The notes beneath the pieces are model-generated. The model ran no database searches and was not told where the DNA came from. It worked only from the letters and a program-made list of their open reading frames with translations. This document shows, one piece after another, positions 8,567 through 19,300 of a DNA stretch of 64,000 bases (positions are counted from its first letter, which is position 1; each line of letters starts with the position of its first letter). The DNA is from an uncultured Clostridia bacterium. Its GTDB lineage: Bacteria > Bacillota > Clostridia > TANB77 > CAG-508. The stretch spans positions 35,871-99,870 of the forward strand of contig CALXKA010000001.1 of the NCBI GenBank assembly GCA_944388765.1. The letters are read 5' to 3'. The position numbers and the translations under genes were made by a program.

Positions 8567-10384
8567 AGCTCGTCGAATTGACTATTATATAAATCTGCAT
8601 AAAATCCATTCTTTTCAAGTAATTTTTCATGAGTACCTTGTTCAACAATATCTCCATGGTTCATGACCAATATTAAATCTGCATTTTTTATTGTTGATAA
8701 TCTATGTGCAATTATAAAACTAGTTCTTCCTTTCATTAAATTATCCATAGCTGATTGTATTTGTATTTCAGTTCTTGTATCTATTGAACTTGTTGCTTCA
8801 TCTAATATTAATATTTTTGGATCTGCCAAAATTACTCTTGCAATAGTTAATAACTGTTTTTGTCCAGCTGATATATTAGTTGATTCTTCATTTATCAGTG
8901 AATGGTATCCATTTGGAAGTGTTTTGATAAAATGGTGTACATGTGCTGCCTTTGCTGCTTCTACTACTTCTGTATCTGTTGCGTCTTCTTTGCTATATTT
9001 AATATTATCTTTTACTGTTCCTCCAAATAGCCATGTATCTTGTAAAACCATACCAAACATTTTACGAAGCTCACCTCTATCAAAATCTTTTACGTTGTGA
9101 CCATCAACATCGATTTCTCCATCGTTTACATCATAAAATCTCATTAACAGTTTTACCATTGTTGTTTTTCCTGCACCTGTTGGTCCTACTATTGCTATTT
9201 TTTGTCCTTCTTTTACATCTGCATTAAAATCATTAATTATCATCTTATTTTCATCATATCCAAATTTAACATGTTTGAATTCTACATTTCCCTCTAATTT
9301 TGATGTATCTATGTTTCCTTTTGCTGTAATTACTTCTTCTTTTTCTTCTAAGAATTCAAATATTCTTTCTGCTGCTGCAACCATTGATTGTAGCATACTT
9401 GATATTTGTGCAATTTGGTTTATTGGTTGTGTAAATTGTTTATTATATTGTATAAAACTTTGTATATTACCTACTGTAATCGTACCATTTATTGCTAAAT
9501 ATCCACCTGCAACGGCAACTCCTACATATCCAATATTTGATATAAAATTTACAACTGGATGCATTAGTCCTGATAAAAATTGTGATTTCCATGCAGATTT
9601 ATATAACTCATTATTTGCTTTTTCAAAATCTTTGGTTACTTTTTCTTCTGCATTAAATACTTTTACAATATTTAATCCTCCATAGATTTCTTCTACTTGA
9701 CCATTTACATGTCCTAAATAATCTTGTTGTTTTACGAAATATTTTTGTGATCTTCCTACAATCATTTTCACTAATATTCCTGCAATTGGTAATATGACTA
9801 ATGATATTAATGTCATTTGCCAACTTATTGATAACATCATTACTAAAATTCCAATAATTGTACAAATAGATGTTATTATTTGAGTAATACTTTGATTTAA
9901 GTTCATGCTCAATGTATCAATGTCATTTGTTATTACTGATAGAACTTCTCCATTAGTTTTTTTATCAAAGTACTTCATAGGAAGTTTATTTATTTTTATA
10001 GCTATGTCATTTCTTAACTTATATGTGATTTTTTGTGTTACAGTAGTCATTGTAAATCCTTGAACGAAGGAAAATAATGCACTAATTATATATAATACAA
10101 TTAGAGTTAATGCAATCCCGTCCGACTTTTCCAAAATCTATTCCTGAACCACCTGATAATTTACTCATTAGTCCGTTAAAAATTTCTGTTGTTGCGTTAC
10201 CTAAAATCTTTGGTCCAACAATTGTAAAAATTGTACTTCCTATTGCAAACAATATTACTATAATTATCGCTATTTTATATTTAGCTAAATATGACTTTAT
10301 TAACTTTTTAGTGGTTTTCTTAAAATCTTTTGGCTTTTCTGTTGTTTGACCTCTTCTCATAGGTCCTCCCATTGGTCCTGGCAT
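8563..10384 (-). pseudogene. ABC exporter (fused TMD-NBD, MsbA/LmrC-like), interrupted by a +1 frameshift near 10115-10125
   Basis: ORFs 10082..10384 (N-terminus ...GIDFGKVGR) and 8563..10134 (IALTLIVLY...TMD...NBD) form a single exporter if one G/C is removed from the minus-strand CGGACGGG run (plus ATCCCGTCCG). Confidence 0.8.
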
Positions 10385-12652
10385 TTATTTTCCTCCTTTC
10401 TCGCCTAATTCTTCTTCTGATAATTGTGATAAGGCTATTTGTCTATATGTTTCGTTATTTTTCATTAGTTCTTCGTGTGTACCCATTCCTACCATTTTAC
10501 CTTCTTCAAGAACTATTATTTTATCTGCATTTAGAATTGTACTTATTCTTTGTGCTACGATTATGACTGTTTTATTCTTTGTTCTTGTTGATAATGCTTC
10601 TCTTAATTTGCTATCTGTTTTAAAATCTAATGCAGAGAAGCTATCATCAAATACAAATATTTCTGGATCTTTTGCAATAGCTCTTGCGATTGATAAACGT
10701 TGTTTTTGCCCTCCTGATACATTTCCGCCACCTTGTGCAATTGGGTCTTGATATTTCTTTTCTTTACCTTCAATAAATTCTGTTGCTTGTGCAATTTCTG
10801 CTGCCATTATCATTTGATCGTCTGACATATTTTCATCAGAATATTTGATATTTGACTCTATTGTTCCTGAAAATAATATTCCCTTTTGTGGTACAAAACC
10901 TATAATATCTCTTAAATCTTTTTGAGATACATCTTTTACATTTACACCATCAATACATAATTCTCCACCTGTTACATCATAAAATCTTGGTATTAAATTT
11001 ACTACTGTTGATTTTCCACTTCCTGTACTACCAATAATTGCTGTTGTTTTTCCTGGTTCTGCTGTAAAGTTAATATCTTCTAATATTTCTGTGTCTGCAT
11101 CTGGATATCTAAATGATACATTTTTGAACTCAACTAATCCCTTCTTGTCTGGATCAAAATTCTTTGTTTCTTTTTTATCTTTAATACTTGGTTCTTTTTC
11201 TATAACTTCATTTATACGTCTTGCAGAAACTGCTGCTCTTGGAAGCATAATTGAAATCATTGATATCATTAAAAATGCCATTACAATTTGCATTGTATAT
11301 TGAATAAATGCCATCATATCTCCAACTTGCATTACACCTTGGTCAACATTATGACCTCCAACCCATACTATTAATACCATTATTGAATTCATGATGAACA
11401 TTAAAAGTGGCATCATCATTGACATTGCTCTATTTACAAATATGTTTGTTTTCATTAAATCTTTATTTGCATTATCAAATCTAGCTTCTTCTTTCTTTTC
11501 TTTATTGAATGCTCTAATTACAGGTATACCTGTTAGAATTTCTCTTGAAACTTCATTTAATTTATCTACTAAATCTTGTAATTTCCTAAACCTTGGCATT
11601 GCTACTGCAAATAATGTTCCTACAATAAATAATATCGCAAGTATCGCAATTCCTATAATCCAGGCCATTGAGTTATCTGTACCTGTAATGACTTTTACAA
11701 ATCCTCCTATACCAATAATTGGTGCATATACAACTACTCTAAATAGTATTGCGATTAATTGTTGAATTTGTTGAATATCATTAGTGCTACGAGTAATTAA
11801 TGATGCTGTTGAAAATTCATTTAATTCTGCATTTGAAAATTTAATAACTTTTTTGAACACTTTGTCTCTTAATGTTTTTCCTAGTTTAGCTGCTACTTTT
11901 GATGATAAGAACATTATTGAAACAGCTGAAATCATACTTATAAGTGCTACACCTAACATTTGTAATCCAGACATAAAGATATAATCATTTTGAATTTTAT
12001 CTGTATCTACTCCTAAATTTTTATAAACTTGTTTTACTGATCCAACAGCTGCTTGTTCTTTTATCGAATCACTCATACTTTCTATTTGTTTTGTAGCTTC
12101 ATTAAGTATTTGATTCATTTGTTCTTCTGGCATTTGTGAAATTATTTCTAAAAGTGACATATTTTCTAAATATGTTTTTTGTTGTTCTGGAACATTTAAT
12201 AATATTTGTTCTTTTAAACTATTTGCTGTCTCTTCGTTTGTTATTGTTGTCATCTCTATAATTGGACCAGCTATAAGTCCTTCTAGATTTGTTTTCTCCT
12301 CTTCTTCTAATTCATTCAAAACATAGATATTTTTGTTTTCTACATTATAATCTTTTCCTAAATATTTATTAATTACTTTTTCTTGATGTTTATCTGGTTT
12401 TGAACCTACTAATGTATAATTATTTAAAATTTCTTTATCTTGTTCTGTAAATAATAAAAGTGTATCCATATTATCTTTTGATATAATATCTGGTGCTGGG
12501 CTTTCTATACCTCCTGATTGTATACCTTCATTTACAATTTTAGATGTATAATCTGGTAATGCTAGGTCTGTTGCTGCTTGAATACAAAGTAATATTACAA
12601 TTGCTATTACAGAACCTAGTGATTTTTTTAGATTTTTTAATACTTTTAGCAT
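10385..12652 (-). CDS. ABC exporter (fused TMD-NBD) with a roughly 180-aa extracytoplasmic insertion between TM1 and TM2
   Basis: 755 aa. Walker A GSTGSGKST, signature SGGQKQR, Walker B FVFDDSFSALD. Long hydrophilic segment from about residue 30 to 215 after the first TM helix. Partner of the downstream exporter in a heterodimeric arrangement. Confidence 0.85.
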   Translation of the reverse strand: MLKVLKNLKKSLGSVIAIVILLCIQAATDLALPDYTSKIVNEGIQSGGIESPAPDIISKDNMDTLLLFTEQDKEILNNYTLVGSKPDKHQEKVINKYLGKDYNVENKNIYVLNELEEEEKTNLEGLIAGPIIEMTTITNEETANSLKEQILLNVPEQQKTYLENMSLLEIISQMPEEQMNQILNEATKQIESMSDSIKEQAAVGSVKQVYKNLGVDTDKIQNDYIFMSGLQMLGVALISMISAVSIMFLSSKVAAKLGKTLRDKVFKKVIKFSNAELNEFSTASLITRSTNDIQQIQQLIAILFRVVVYAPIIGIGGFVKVITGTDNSMAWIIGIAILAILFIVGTLFAVAMPRFRKLQDLVDKLNEVSREILTGIPVIRAFNKEKKEEARFDNANKDLMKTNIFVNRAMSMMMPLLMFIMNSIMVLIVWVGGHNVDQGVMQVGDMMAFIQYTMQIVMAFLMISMISIMLPRAAVSARRINEVIEKEPSIKDKKETKNFDPDKKGLVEFKNVSFRYPDADTEILEDINFTAEPGKTTAIIGSTGSGKSTVVNLIPRFYDVTGGELCIDGVNVKDVSQKDLRDIIGFVPQKGILFSGTIESNIKYSDENMSDDQMIMAAEIAQATEFIEGKEKKYQDPIAQGGGNVSGGQKQRLSIARAIAKDPEIFVFDDSFSALDFKTDSKLREALSTRTKNKTVIIVAQRISTILNADKIIVLEEGKMVGMGTHEELMKNNETYRQIALSQLSEEELGEKGGK

Positions 12653-12787
12653 CTTTTTCTCCTTTCATAATTGTTTTTGGTTTATGTAATAATATAAATT
12701 ATATGTTTTGTATGCATTATTATATTTTATATTTTTCTATATTATTTGTCAACAAATTAAATGTGAATTTTTTGTGTGCAAAAATAT

Positions 12788-12817
12788 AGAGTTTAGATTT
12801 TTGAAAATCTAAACTCT
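12788..12817 (-). terminator. Rho-independent terminator downstream of lexA
   Basis: Perfect inverted repeat AGAGTTTAGATTTT..AAAATCTAAACTCT flanked by T-runs on both strands. Confidence 0.6.
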
Positions 12818-12834
12818 TATATTTTGAATATAAA

Positions 12835-13488
12835 TTACATTTTTCTAAATACTCCTGCAACTTTTCCTAAGATGTCACATGTAGGTACTATAATAGGATT
12901 CATTGAAGAATTTTCTGGTTGTAGTCTAATATGGTCTTTTTCTTTATAAAATGTTTTTACAGTTGCTTCATCTCCGATTAGTGCAACTACAATTTCTCCA
13001 TTATTTGCGGTATTTTGTTTTTTTACAAGTATATAATCTCCATCAAGAATTCCTGCTTCTATCATACTTTCTCCTCTGACAGTCAGCATGAAGCTTTCTG
13101 AATTTCCAACAAAATCAATTGGAATTGGAAATGTATCTGTTACATTTTCTACTGCTAATATCGGTTCTCCTGCTGTTATTTTTCCTATAATTGGAACTTC
13201 TACTAATTCTTTTTGTGTATAAAAATCTTTGCTTGATGTTTTCTTTTCTTCTCCTGAACCACCTTTTAATAGCCTTAAAGTTCTTCCTTTTTTATCTTGT
13301 TTCTTTATATATCCCTTTTCTTCTAATTTAGATAAGTAATTATGTACTGTTGCCGTTGAACTTAAACCTACTGCTTTTCCTATTTCTCTTACTGATGGTG
13401 GATATCCTTGTGTCATTATTTGCTTCTCAATAAAATGTATTATAGCTTTTTCTCTTCTATTTAGCTCTGGTTTCTTTTTTCTAGGCAT
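12835..13488 (-). CDS. lexA: LexA repressor (S24 peptidase)
   Basis: N-terminal winged HTH ([19 protein letters not shown]), Ala-Gly cleavage site, Ser/Lys dyad (GESM...K). Start taken as [10 protein letters not shown]; the ORF track extends to 13548. A weak Cheo-like box CAAACATATTTTTG lies at 13546..13559. Confidence 0.85.
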   Translation of the reverse strand: MPRKKKPELNRREKAIIHFIEKQIMTQGYPPSVREIGKAVGLSSTATVHNYLSKLEEKGYIKKQDKKGRTLRLLKGGSGEEKKTSSKDFYTQKELVEVPIIGKITAGEPILAVENVTDTFPIPIDFVGNSESFMLTVRGESMIEAGILDGDYILVKKQNTANNGEIVVALIGDEATVKTFYKEKDHIRLQPENSSMNPIIVPTCDILGKVAGVFRKM

Positions 13489-13584
13489 ATAATTCACTCC
13501 CATTCCTTCATTTTTTGATATATTATCATACAAACAAAAAAATGTCAAACATATTTTTGATATTTTTAAAATTTATTAGTAATT

Positions 13585-14064
13585 TTAATTTATTTTGACA
13601 AAACTGTCTCCAATCTCATCTCTCCATTTTTCTAAACTATCTATTCTAACATTTTGAAAATTCATTCTTGCTTTTTGAGTTTCTATTTCTCTTTTCAATA
13701 GAATATATTCTTTATTACATTTTAATTGATTTTCTAATATTTTATCATATCCGCTATCTATGTATTTTTCCATGTAATCAAATTGTTTAGTGATACTTTT
13801 GTCTATTGTATTTAAAATTTCAAATAACTCTTTTCTATCCTTTTTTCTTTGATTATTACTTCGATTCCACTTTCTATCATTTTCTTTCCAACGTTTTTCA
13901 TTTTGTTCCCATCTTCTATCGTTTTCTTCCCAGCGTTTTTCGTTCTGCTCCCATCTTTTATTATTTTCTTCCCAACGTTTTTCGTTCTCTTCCCATTTTC
14001 TGCTATTTTCTTTTCTAAAATCTCTCAATTCTGTTAAAATCGTTTTTGCTAGTACATCTTCCAT
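13585..14064 (-). CDS. Hypothetical protein with seven tandem heptad repeats (K/N)RWE(E/Q)N(E/D)
   Basis: 159 aa. Residues about 20-70 read RWEENEKRWEENNKRWEQNEKRWEENDRRWEQNEKRWKENDRKW. The DNA carries matching 21-nt direct repeats. Confidence 0.6.
   Translation of the reverse strand: MEDVLAKTILTELRDFRKENSRKWEENEKRWEENNKRWEQNEKRWEENDRRWEQNEKRWKENDRKWNRSNNQRKKDRKELFEILNTIDKSITKQFDYMEKYIDSGYDKILENQLKCNKEYILLKREIETQKARMNFQNVRIDSLEKWRDEIGDSFVKIN
13857..14010. repeat. About seven tandem 21-nt repeats inside the RWEEN-repeat gene
   Basis: Repeated TTCCCA(A/G)CGTTTTTC(A/G)TTCT-like units visible on the plus strand. Confidence 0.6.
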
Positions 14065-14311
14065 AAATAAAACCTCCTTTATAAAATTTTAGAGCCATTA
14101 AAATTTATAACAGGGTTTATTTCTCTAATTCCTATTGTTTTTATACTATATTTTTTATTATCTTTATTATCTCTTTAATTACATAATTAAATTTTACTAA
14201 CTCTTTGTAGGAAATATTTAATCATAAATTTTAGTAAAAGTCAATAAAAACCAAAAATTTTTTACTTCTTGGTTTCTTATTTATTAATAATTCTTAATTT
14301 TTTATATAATA

Positions 14312-16075
14312 TTATACCTGTTGTACTCCTGTTAATTGTTCATAATATGCATTATATAATTTACTATAATATCCATCTTTATTTTGTAACAATTCATTAT
14401 GACTTCCTTGTTCTAATATTTCACCATTATTTAGAACAATAATTTTATCAACATCTATAATTGTAGATAATCTATGTGCAATAAATATAGATGTTTTTTC
14501 CTTTGAAATCTTGTCAACTGATTTTTGTATTAATTGCTCAGTTTTTGTGTCTATATTTGCCGTTGCTTCATCTAGTATAAATATAGCTGGATCATGTGCA
14601 AATATTCTGGCAAAAGCTAATAATTGTTTTTCTCCCGCTGAATATGAATTTCCTCTTTCACTAGCAATTTCATCCATTCCATGTGGTAATGAATTTATAA
14701 AATCCTCTGCTGATGATAGTCTTATAATGTCTTCAATATATTCATCTGATAAATTTTCGTCCAATCCGAATATTATCTTTTATACTTTTGGCAAATATAA
14801 ACGGATCTTGTAATACAATTCCTACTTTTTTCCTTAAATATCTTAAATTGATATCTTTAATATTTACTCCATCTAATAATATCTCTCCTTTTTGAATTTC
14901 ATAGAATCTATTAATTAAATTTATTATTGTTGTTTTGCCGTGATCCGAGTTTTCCCTACTAAGGCTATACTTTGCCCTGGTTCGATTGTAAAACTTACAT
15001 TTTTTAAAACCCAGTTTTCTTCCTTGTACGCAAACCATACGTTTTTAAATTCAATTTTTCCTTTGATGTTTTCTAACTTTTTACCTGATTCAAAATCTTC
15101 TAAATATTCTTTTTTATCTAATATATCATAAATTTTATTTATTGATACTACTGCTTCTTGTATAGTTTCAAAATTTTCTACTATACGGTTTATTGGCTCA
15201 AATATTTGTTTTAAATATGTAATAAATACATATATAACACCTACTTCAAGATTTATTCCCCAAAAATGATTAACACTTGCACAAACAATTATTGCTACCC
15301 CTATATTTTCAAATACAGTCATCATCCCAATTAAAAACCCTTCTGTAAATGCTGTTGGTATTCTTGATTTAAAAAATTCTTCTGATAACCCTGCACATTC
15401 TTTTTCTTTTTCATGTTGCCTATTAAATATTTTTATAATTTTAACCCCATATATTGATTCTGCTAAAAATACATTTAATTTCGTTTTTACATTTTTTGAA
15501 TATTCTCTTACTTTATTACTTATTCTTGTTATTATTACAGATGTTAATATAACGAAAGGAATTACTGCAAAACATAATAGTGCTAGTTCATAGCTTAAAG
15601 ATACCATTATTATAATTAAAGCTATAATCATAACTATATCTTTAACAAAAGTTGTTATTACTTCTTTAAAAAGTGTTGTGATATCTTCCACATCATTTGT
15701 TATTCTAACAAATAATGTGCCAGCTGGTGTTTTATCATGAAATGTTGTATTCGCATATTGTGCATATTTATATAACTTATTTCTAATAGAATATATTACG
15801 TTTTCTCCCATCATGCTTGTTGCTGTTGTTACAATAAAATCTAAGATATTTCCTATTAATACAATTGCTATATATATTGCTCCTATTGTTCCTATTGTCA
15901 TAATTCCCTTTTGCCATAGTCCTGCACTTAAATAGTCATCTATTACTATTTTTATTAAGTATGGTCTTATAACTTCGCATATGCTAATTATTATAGCTAA
16001 TATAGATATTATAATTATCGCTTTTTTCTGTGGCTTTAACATTTTTAATATTCTATGAATTGTCTGATTTTTCAT
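14312..16075 (-). pseudogene. ABC exporter (fused TMD-NBD) split into three ORFs by frameshifts at about 14938-14947 and 14765
   Basis: The TMD ORF 14924..16168 ends inside Walker A (LVGKT|RITAKQQ* where GSGKTT is expected). ORFs 14742..15038 and 14312..14764 carry the rest of the NBD (LSGGQ-like SAGEKQ, Walker B ILDEATANID, H-loop AHRLST). Two extra bases in the Walker A codons and one near NIG|LDENL break the frame. Confidence 0.8.
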
Positions 16076-16103
16076 ATTTTTTTCCTTTCTTTTGTTTATA
16101 TCT

Positions 16104-17849
16104 TTATTCCAATATGCTAGATTCTGTTTTTGTTGATTGTTGATCATAAAATTCTTTATATAAACCATTATTTTTTATTAGTTGTTCATGTTTTCCTTGC
16201 TCTATGATATTCCCGCCTTTTAATACTATTATTTCATCACTGTTTTTCACATCAGATACTTTGTTCGATATAATTATACATGTTTTTTTTCCTGAAAATT
16301 CTTTTATGTTGTCTAATAATGTCTGTGATGTTCTGTTATCTAATGCTGAAAAAGTGTCATCAAAAATTAAGATACTGCTATTTTTCAAAAAAGCTCTCGA
16401 AATTGCTACTCTTTGCTTTTGTCCTCCTGATAAATCTGTTCCTCTTTCTCCTATTTTAGTTTCAATTCCTTTTGGCATTTTAGCTATTTCATCATATATA
16501 ACTGCTTTTTTAGTACTATCCTTTATTTCATCAATTCTATACTCTTCTTTAAATAAACTTATATTGTCTTTTAAAGTCGATGAAAACAGAAAATTATCTT
16601 GTGTTATATAGCAAATGCTATCTCTTAAAATCTCTATTGGAATATCATTAATATCTTTTCCGTCTATTATAATTTTTCCTCTTGGGATACTATATAATCT
16701 TGTTAATAAATTCATTAGAGTTGTTTTTCCACTTCCAATCGTTCCTATAATTCCTAACGTTTCACCTTTTTTTATCTCTACATTTATATTTTCCAAGGCT
16801 TTATCTAATACTTCTGGATAATTAAAATTTAAATTCTTAATGCTAATGTCACCATTTAATGTATTCTCAAATTTCTTTTCTTTTGCATTTATTTTTTCTG
16901 TTTCTAATTCAAATACTTTATTTAATCTTTTATATGATATTTGTGCTCTTTTAAATCTTGCAATCAATGTTGGAAGCCAACTAACTGGTCCTACAAAAAG
17001 TCCTATATATCCATTAAAAGTAACTAATTCTCCTACTGTAATTTGTCCATCAACTACTAATTTTCCTCCAAATAATAATGCAATTGAATAGCAAAGTCCA
17101 AAACACAAATTAACAGTTGTCGTTAATAGATTAGAATATATATCTACTGTATTATCACTTTGTTTTACTTTACGGTTTTTTCGTATAAAGTCTTCCAATT
17201 GTGTTTTTTCACAAGCATATGCTTTTGTTGTTCTTATACTGTCTGTACTTTCTTGTATATATTCAGAAAGGGATGTAAACATATCTTGTGCTTTTGCAAA
17301 GCTTTTTTCTACTTGATTTTTTATCTTCACAATTAAATATGCTGCTATTAATATTGGAATCACTGTTACAATTGTTAAATATATATTTACACCATTTGCC
17401 ATTTGAAATATTGCGATAATAAATGTAAAAACAATTCTTGCTCCATGAGATATAATTCTGTATACCGCACTTCTTATTTCATTAGTATCCTTAACAAAAT
17501 AAGACATTATTTCTCCATTTTTAATGTTCTGAATTTCTTTAAATTTTAATTTTAAAAATCTTTCAAATAATTTTATTTTTATATCTCTTTCAAATCCTCT
17601 TGAAATTATTGTTTCTGTATATTTCCAAACCATTCTTACAATCAATAAAACAACACATATTCCTAAAAGGTAATATATGTTGTTTAATATATTTTGTTTG
17701 TTTGCTTCGATATTGTATAACATATCTACAATATCTCCTATTATTTTTGCAGGATATGTTAATAAATATATATTTAGTCCTATAAATATAAAATGTATTA
17801 ATGAAGTTAATTTATATTTTTTTAGTGAATCTATTATTACTTTTTTCAT
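16104..17849 (-). CDS. ABC exporter (fused TMD-NBD), intact partner of the interrupted downstream gene
   Basis: 581 aa. Walker A GTIGSGKTT, signature LSGGQKQR, Walker B LIFDDTFSALD. Confidence 0.85.
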   Translation of the reverse strand: MKKVIIDSLKKYKLTSLIHFIFIGLNIYLLTYPAKIIGDIVDMLYNIEANKQNILNNIYYLLGICVVLLIVRMVWKYTETIISRGFERDIKIKLFERFLKLKFKEIQNIKNGEIMSYFVKDTNEIRSAVYRIISHGARIVFTFIIAIFQMANGVNIYLTIVTVIPILIAAYLIVKIKNQVEKSFAKAQDMFTSLSEYIQESTDSIRTTKAYACEKTQLEDFIRKNRKVKQSDNTVDIYSNLLTTTVNLCFGLCYSIALLFGGKLVVDGQITVGELVTFNGYIGLFVGPVSWLPTLIARFKRAQISYKRLNKVFELETEKINAKEKKFENTLNGDISIKNLNFNYPEVLDKALENINVEIKKGETLGIIGTIGSGKTTLMNLLTRLYSIPRGKIIIDGKDINDIPIEILRDSICYITQDNFLFSSTLKDNISLFKEEYRIDEIKDSTKKAVIYDEIAKMPKGIETKIGERGTDLSGGQKQRVAISRAFLKNSSILIFDDTFSALDNRTSQTLLDNIKEFSGKKTCIIISNKVSDVKNSDEIIVLKGGNIIEQGKHEQLIKNNGLYKEFYDQQSTKTESSILE

Positions 17850-17890
17850 ATAAAAAAATCATCCTCTGTATATTTTCTAATTTTATTTTA

Positions 17891-18046
17891 CTAATTGTTT
17901 TTATCTTGTTCTATAAAATTATATAATATATCATTATTAAATCCCATGTTTTGGTTATTTTGTAATTGATTTTGTTTCATTTGGTTATTAATATTCATAA
18001 GCTCAATTTGATCTTTAAAACTATATTCATCAAAATCAAACTTCAT
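17891..18046 (-). CDS. Small ORF (51 aa) with strong RBS, immediately upstream of the ABC exporter pair
   Basis: Reverse strand AAAGGAGGAATATAT-ATG. Protein MKFDFDEYSFKDQIELMNINNQMKQNQLQNNQNMGFNNDILYNFIEQDKNN, rich in Asn/Gln. Below the length cut-off of the supplied ORF track. Confidence 0.4.
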   Translation of the reverse strand: MKFDFDEYSFKDQIELMNINNQMKQNQLQNNQNMGFNNDILYNFIEQDKNN

Positions 18047-18082
18047 ATATATTCCTCCTTTAAAACAACTTCAATATTTAGA

Positions 18083-19273
18083 TTACTTCACAAGTCTTTT
18101 AGTTTCTTTTGCTATCATTAATTCTTCGTTAGTAGGAATTACATAAACTTTTACTTTTGACATTTCCTTTGAAATTACTTTTTCTTCTCCTCTCATATTG
18201 TTTGCATCTTCATCAAGTTCAACTCCCATGAAAGTTAATTGTTCACAAATTCCTTTTCTTATATTAATTTGGTTTTCTCCAACTCCACCAGTAAATATAA
18301 TGTAGTCTATGCCATTCATTGCTACTGCATATTTAGCAATATAACTTGCTATTGCATATTTAAATGATTCCATAGCTATTTTAGCTGTTTCATTATCATT
18401 ATAACTTTCTGTTTCTATTACTCTAAAATCTGGTGCTAATCCAGATATTCCTGACACACCTGATTTTTTGTTTAAAATATTCTCCATTTGGTCTGGTGTT
18501 AATTTTTCCTTTTTCATTATGTATAATAATATTGATGGATCTAAATCTCCACTTCTTGTAACCATAGGAATTCCTCCAAGAGGTGTTAGTCCCATACTGG
18601 TGTCTACTGATTTTCCTCCTTGTATTGCACAAATACTTGATCCTTGTCCTAAATGGCAAGTTACAATTTTTAAATCTTCTATATTTTTATTTTCTATTTC
18701 TGCTAATCTTTGTGATACATACATGTGCGAAGTTCCATGGAATCCATATTTTCTTACTCCATATTTTTTGTAATATTCATATGGAATTGGATAAATATAT
18801 CTTTCTTTTGGAATTGATTGATGAAATGCTGTATCAAATACTCCTACCATTGGCTTTCCTGGCATTACATTTTTACAAGCTTCTATTCCTAGTATACATG
18901 CTGGATTATGTAATGGTGCTAAGTCTGAATATTCTTTTAATACTTCTTCTACTTTTTCATCAATTAATACGGATTCTGATATTTTTTCTCCACCATGCAC
19001 TAATCTGTGTCCAATAGCTTCTATTTCATCTAAGCTATCAATAACTTTATATTCTGGATTTGTTAATTGTTTTAATGTAAATTCTATTGCTTCTGTATGA
19101 TTATATGCTGGATTTTCTATTTGTATTTTTTGTCCATTTACTTTGTGTGTAATAAAAGCTTCTTTTTCTCCTATTCTTTCATATTTCCCTGATGCTAAAA
19201 CTTCTTCTGTTTCCATTTTTATTAATTGGTATTTTAATGATGAACTCCCACAGTTTAAAACTAAAATTTTCAT
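18083..19273 (-). CDS. ackA: Acetate kinase, copy 1
   Basis: 396 aa. Acetokinase family; N-terminus MKILVLNCGSSSLKYQLI. Confidence 0.9.
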   Translation of the reverse strand: MKILVLNCGSSSLKYQLIKMETEEVLASGKYERIGEKEAFITHKVNGQKIQIENPAYNHTEAIEFTLKQLTNPEYKVIDSLDEIEAIGHRLVHGGEKISESVLIDEKVEEVLKEYSDLAPLHNPACILGIEACKNVMPGKPMVGVFDTAFHQSIPKERYIYPIPYEYYKKYGVRKYGFHGTSHMYVSQRLAEIENKNIEDLKIVTCHLGQGSSICAIQGGKSVDTSMGLTPLGGIPMVTRSGDLDPSILLYIMKKEKLTPDQMENILNKKSGVSGISGLAPDFRVIETESYNDNETAKIAMESFKYAIASYIAKYAVAMNGIDYIIFTGGVGENQINIRKGICEQLTFMGVELDEDANNMRGEEKVISKEMSKVKVYVIPTNEELMIAKETKRLVK

Positions 19274-19300
19274 TTAATTTATTCCTCCCTTATTTTTCTT

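Noticed and set aside
10121-10134. TTG start codon assigned by the ORF track to the ABC exporter fragment 8563..10134
   Set aside because: This is an artefact of the frameshift. The real gene starts at the ATG at 10384 and the two fragments are contiguous once one base is removed.
13546-13559. Weak Cheo-like box CAAACATATTTTTG upstream of lexA
   Set aside because: Only 11 of 14 matches with both half-sites imperfect. It is mentioned under the lexA feature but not called as a regulatory site.
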